Source: Lingula anatina
Taxonomy: Eukaryota; Animalia; Brachiopoda
Assembly: GCA_051362555.1 (NCBI GenBank)
Contig: CM120646.1
Coordinates: 868,001 to 932,000, forward strand
Length of the DNA stretch: 64,000 bases
Direction: 5' to 3'
The position numbers and the translations under genes are program-made. Shown piece by piece: positions 61,762-64,000 of this stretch. Below the pieces are notes generated by a model. The model saw nothing but the letters and a program-made list of their open reading frames with translations, was not told the origin of the DNA and searched no databases. Every line of letters starts with the position of its first letter. Positions within the stretch are counted from its first letter, which is position 1.

Positions 61762-61986
61762 GATCCCATTCCCATAGATTTTAGACCGATCTATCCATGT
61801 GGGGAGTCTCACTATATTACTGTCAGCTTAGCCGACTTAAGCGTCTGTCCCGCCTACTAAAAGCTGTAAAGGGGTAATTAACTATGGTGCGCGCTCTGCT
61901 GACTGCAATTTAGCTTGAACCCCCAGGGAGTTAGGTCGATCTAAATCTAAATCTCTGGATCGATCTAAATCTCTGAGAATGCACGC
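61762..61986 (+). mobile_element. MITE family B, copy 3
   Basis: Colinear with 40401-40625, with scattered substitutions. Confidence 0.88.
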
Positions 61987-62027
61987 TACGTTAGAGACCC
62001 CTATGATATCAGGGAATACTCCAAACC

Positions 62028-62029
<2 letters not shown>

Positions 62030-62068
<39 letters not shown>

Positions 62069-62086
62069 CCATTCAAATCCATCACG
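62030..62086. repeat. (AC)n microsatellite
   Basis: Direct reading. Confidence 0.95.
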
Positions 62087-62374
62087 TAAATTATTTCAGG
62101 AAATTAGGAAATAAAGACAACCATTTAGGTACAGTTTTCCAGAAGTACTAAAGACACGGCCACTGAAAGTGCGTCAGTTTCTTAATTAAAGCGTTAATCA
62201 TTTCTTAAGTCAGCCTTTAATTATATAGAGAGGAAAGATAAAGGAAGTGTGGTTTTCTCAAACCATACCCTTTCAATATCCGCTCGATCTCCATAAAGGA
62301 TATATGATCTGTATTTGACCACTCTATTCCTTTGTACTCAAAGTTACAAGAATATGAATATGCCATGCCTTTAA

Positions 62375-62655
62375 GACATATTCAAGAGCGGACTTACTGA
62401 TTTATGGACTAAATAAAGATGATCGCACTTAATAGCAAGACGCCTAATCTCCTAATGGTCTCCCCACCATCCACACGCGCCTTTAAACGGATTAAATCTG
62501 GGCTCCGAGGTTTAATTGCTAGACCCCTGCAGGGACGGCTCGTGTGGAGGCGGGGAGACCAGCAGGGGATTAAGTCGCTATTGCTATTAAGTGGGTCGGC
62601 CATATTTGATCCGCGGATCTGTTAGTCCGTGGATCAACGAGTTCTGAATGCGCTC
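62375..62655. mobile_element. Fold-back MITE related to family A
   Basis: Arms CACTTAATAGCAA...TGGTCTCCCC.CC.TCCACACG and its complement. The right end shares GTCGGCCATATTTGA.CC with family A. Confidence 0.72.
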
Positions 62656-62776
62656 TAAGAATGTGAAAACTTGCCAATAAAAGATAGGTAGGGGACCTAT
62701 GAAGACGAGCTCAGCAGCAGACATTGCGAGGCTGTATGTAATTGGCTAACGGAATCCAAAACGAGTACACGTTTTA

Positions 62777-62968
62777 GGGACCGTTCACATGGAAAGTCTA
62801 TTTTCTAAAAATCTATCTTCTATTCGCGGTATCTTGTGATCACGGTCTGTGCCCTGAATATCCCGCGGCCTAATTACTGGCAGCGTGAGCCAGTCTCTTC
62901 CGTGATCACAAGATACCGCGAATATAAAATAGATTTTTAGAAAATAGACTTTTCATGTGAACGGTGCC
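62777..62968. mobile_element. Harbinger-like MITE with ~70-bp near-perfect TIRs and TTA TSD
   Basis: TTA|GG(G/C)ACCGTTCACATG.AAAGTCTATTTTCTAAAAATCTAT...TATTCGCGGTATCTTGTGATCACGG on both arms|TTA. Confidence 0.92.
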
Positions 62969-64000
62969 TTAGATGTTGTCACCGTGACTGCCGATAGACA
63001 AATTGCAAAATAGAACCAATGGCTACGTTATAGGTGTAGAAATGAAAACGAGAACCCGCGAGAATTTACGTTGACCAAAATCGTTCCCAGGCCCTCTGGC
63101 GGTTGACCCTCAGAGTTGAATTATCCAAATAACAACGGGGTCTACTATTGTCTTCCAACAGTAAATCTGCAAATCAATCCACCAAATCAATCCACCAAAG
63201 AGCTGTTTTACATCGACATCACATCTAATTAGTTTTACGTTTGCTCCGCTGCTGATATAGTGTTGTGCAGTACCTGCCTTAACTGAACACTACGTTTGTT
63301 TACTAAATTAAAAGCTAAATCACGGTTTTAACAGCGGCGACAGTGTCTACTGCTACCCTCTACCAGGGTGGCAGATTATACAGGGTAAAATTCGCAAAGC
63401 CAGAGTTAGTAAAATGACCGTCTATTTATCTAAAAACATATCTATGAAAATCCCGTGAAAAGTCAATCTGTGGCCCTGGTACAGGGTAGCCTGTCGATGT
63501 GAGGGACCAACGCTGCCCATCGTAACCCCCCTTTCATTATCACTGTCGGGGGCTGCGCACTTGCGCGTAAGATGTAGAAAGCGCAAGCTATTAAAGTGTA
63601 AGTTTTTGTAATGGCTACACGGTACATGTAACAACAAATTCACCTCTGTTTCATCAACGGCATACACTTTTCATGTACTAATGTACCTTTCTTGTGTTTT
63701 CTTATTTAGACTGAGGGCGATTTGGGTTTCCCTTTGGTATATCCTCAGTTGACGGGCTGATTTGAGTACAGTCTGAAGTATTGATTCCACCGTCTAAGTT
63801 ACACGCAACTTTAATATCCGTTATAAATTATTTAGAACACAGTTATTGATAGTGTGTATTCTTTTCAAATTAAAAAAGATATCTCGAAATCTTTCAATCA
63901 TTGTCAGAAATGATAAGTGATATCAAGTGGAATCTTTCCGGAACAAATGCATTGCAGTTTATCTGGTGAAAAGCGGACATGCCTTGAATTGAGAATTATT

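Overview
AT-rich animal genomic DNA, probably a marine invertebrate; the species cannot be named from sequence alone. The first 11.7 kb holds the recognisable content. It has a decayed Tc1-type transposase (minus strand) inside intron 1 of a C17orf98/SPMAP1 (DUF4542)-like ciliary gene whose first exon is at 1505-1882 (-). Next come two tandem U3 snoRNA genes (3362-3583 and 4467-4688, period about 1.1 kb) with conserved upstream promoter blocks. An apparently intact, full-length two-ORF non-LTR retrotransposon (about 4865-11410; APE-RT-CCHC ORF2, most like the RTEX clade) splits the spacer downstream of the second U3 gene. The most unusual item is that element's ORF1p. It combines an HPD-less DnaJ-like domain, a small domain with an RNase HIII/TBP-like motif, a coiled coil, three tandem [D/N]K[S/G]TQ dynein-light-chain (LC8)-type motifs and an SGNH esterase. 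The remaining ~52 kb has no convincing protein-coding gene. It contains palindromic Harbinger/Tourist-like MITEs, Helentron-type non-autonomous elements, other short-TIR elements, minisatellites and microsatellites. All domain and family calls come from motif recognition by eye; no searches were run.
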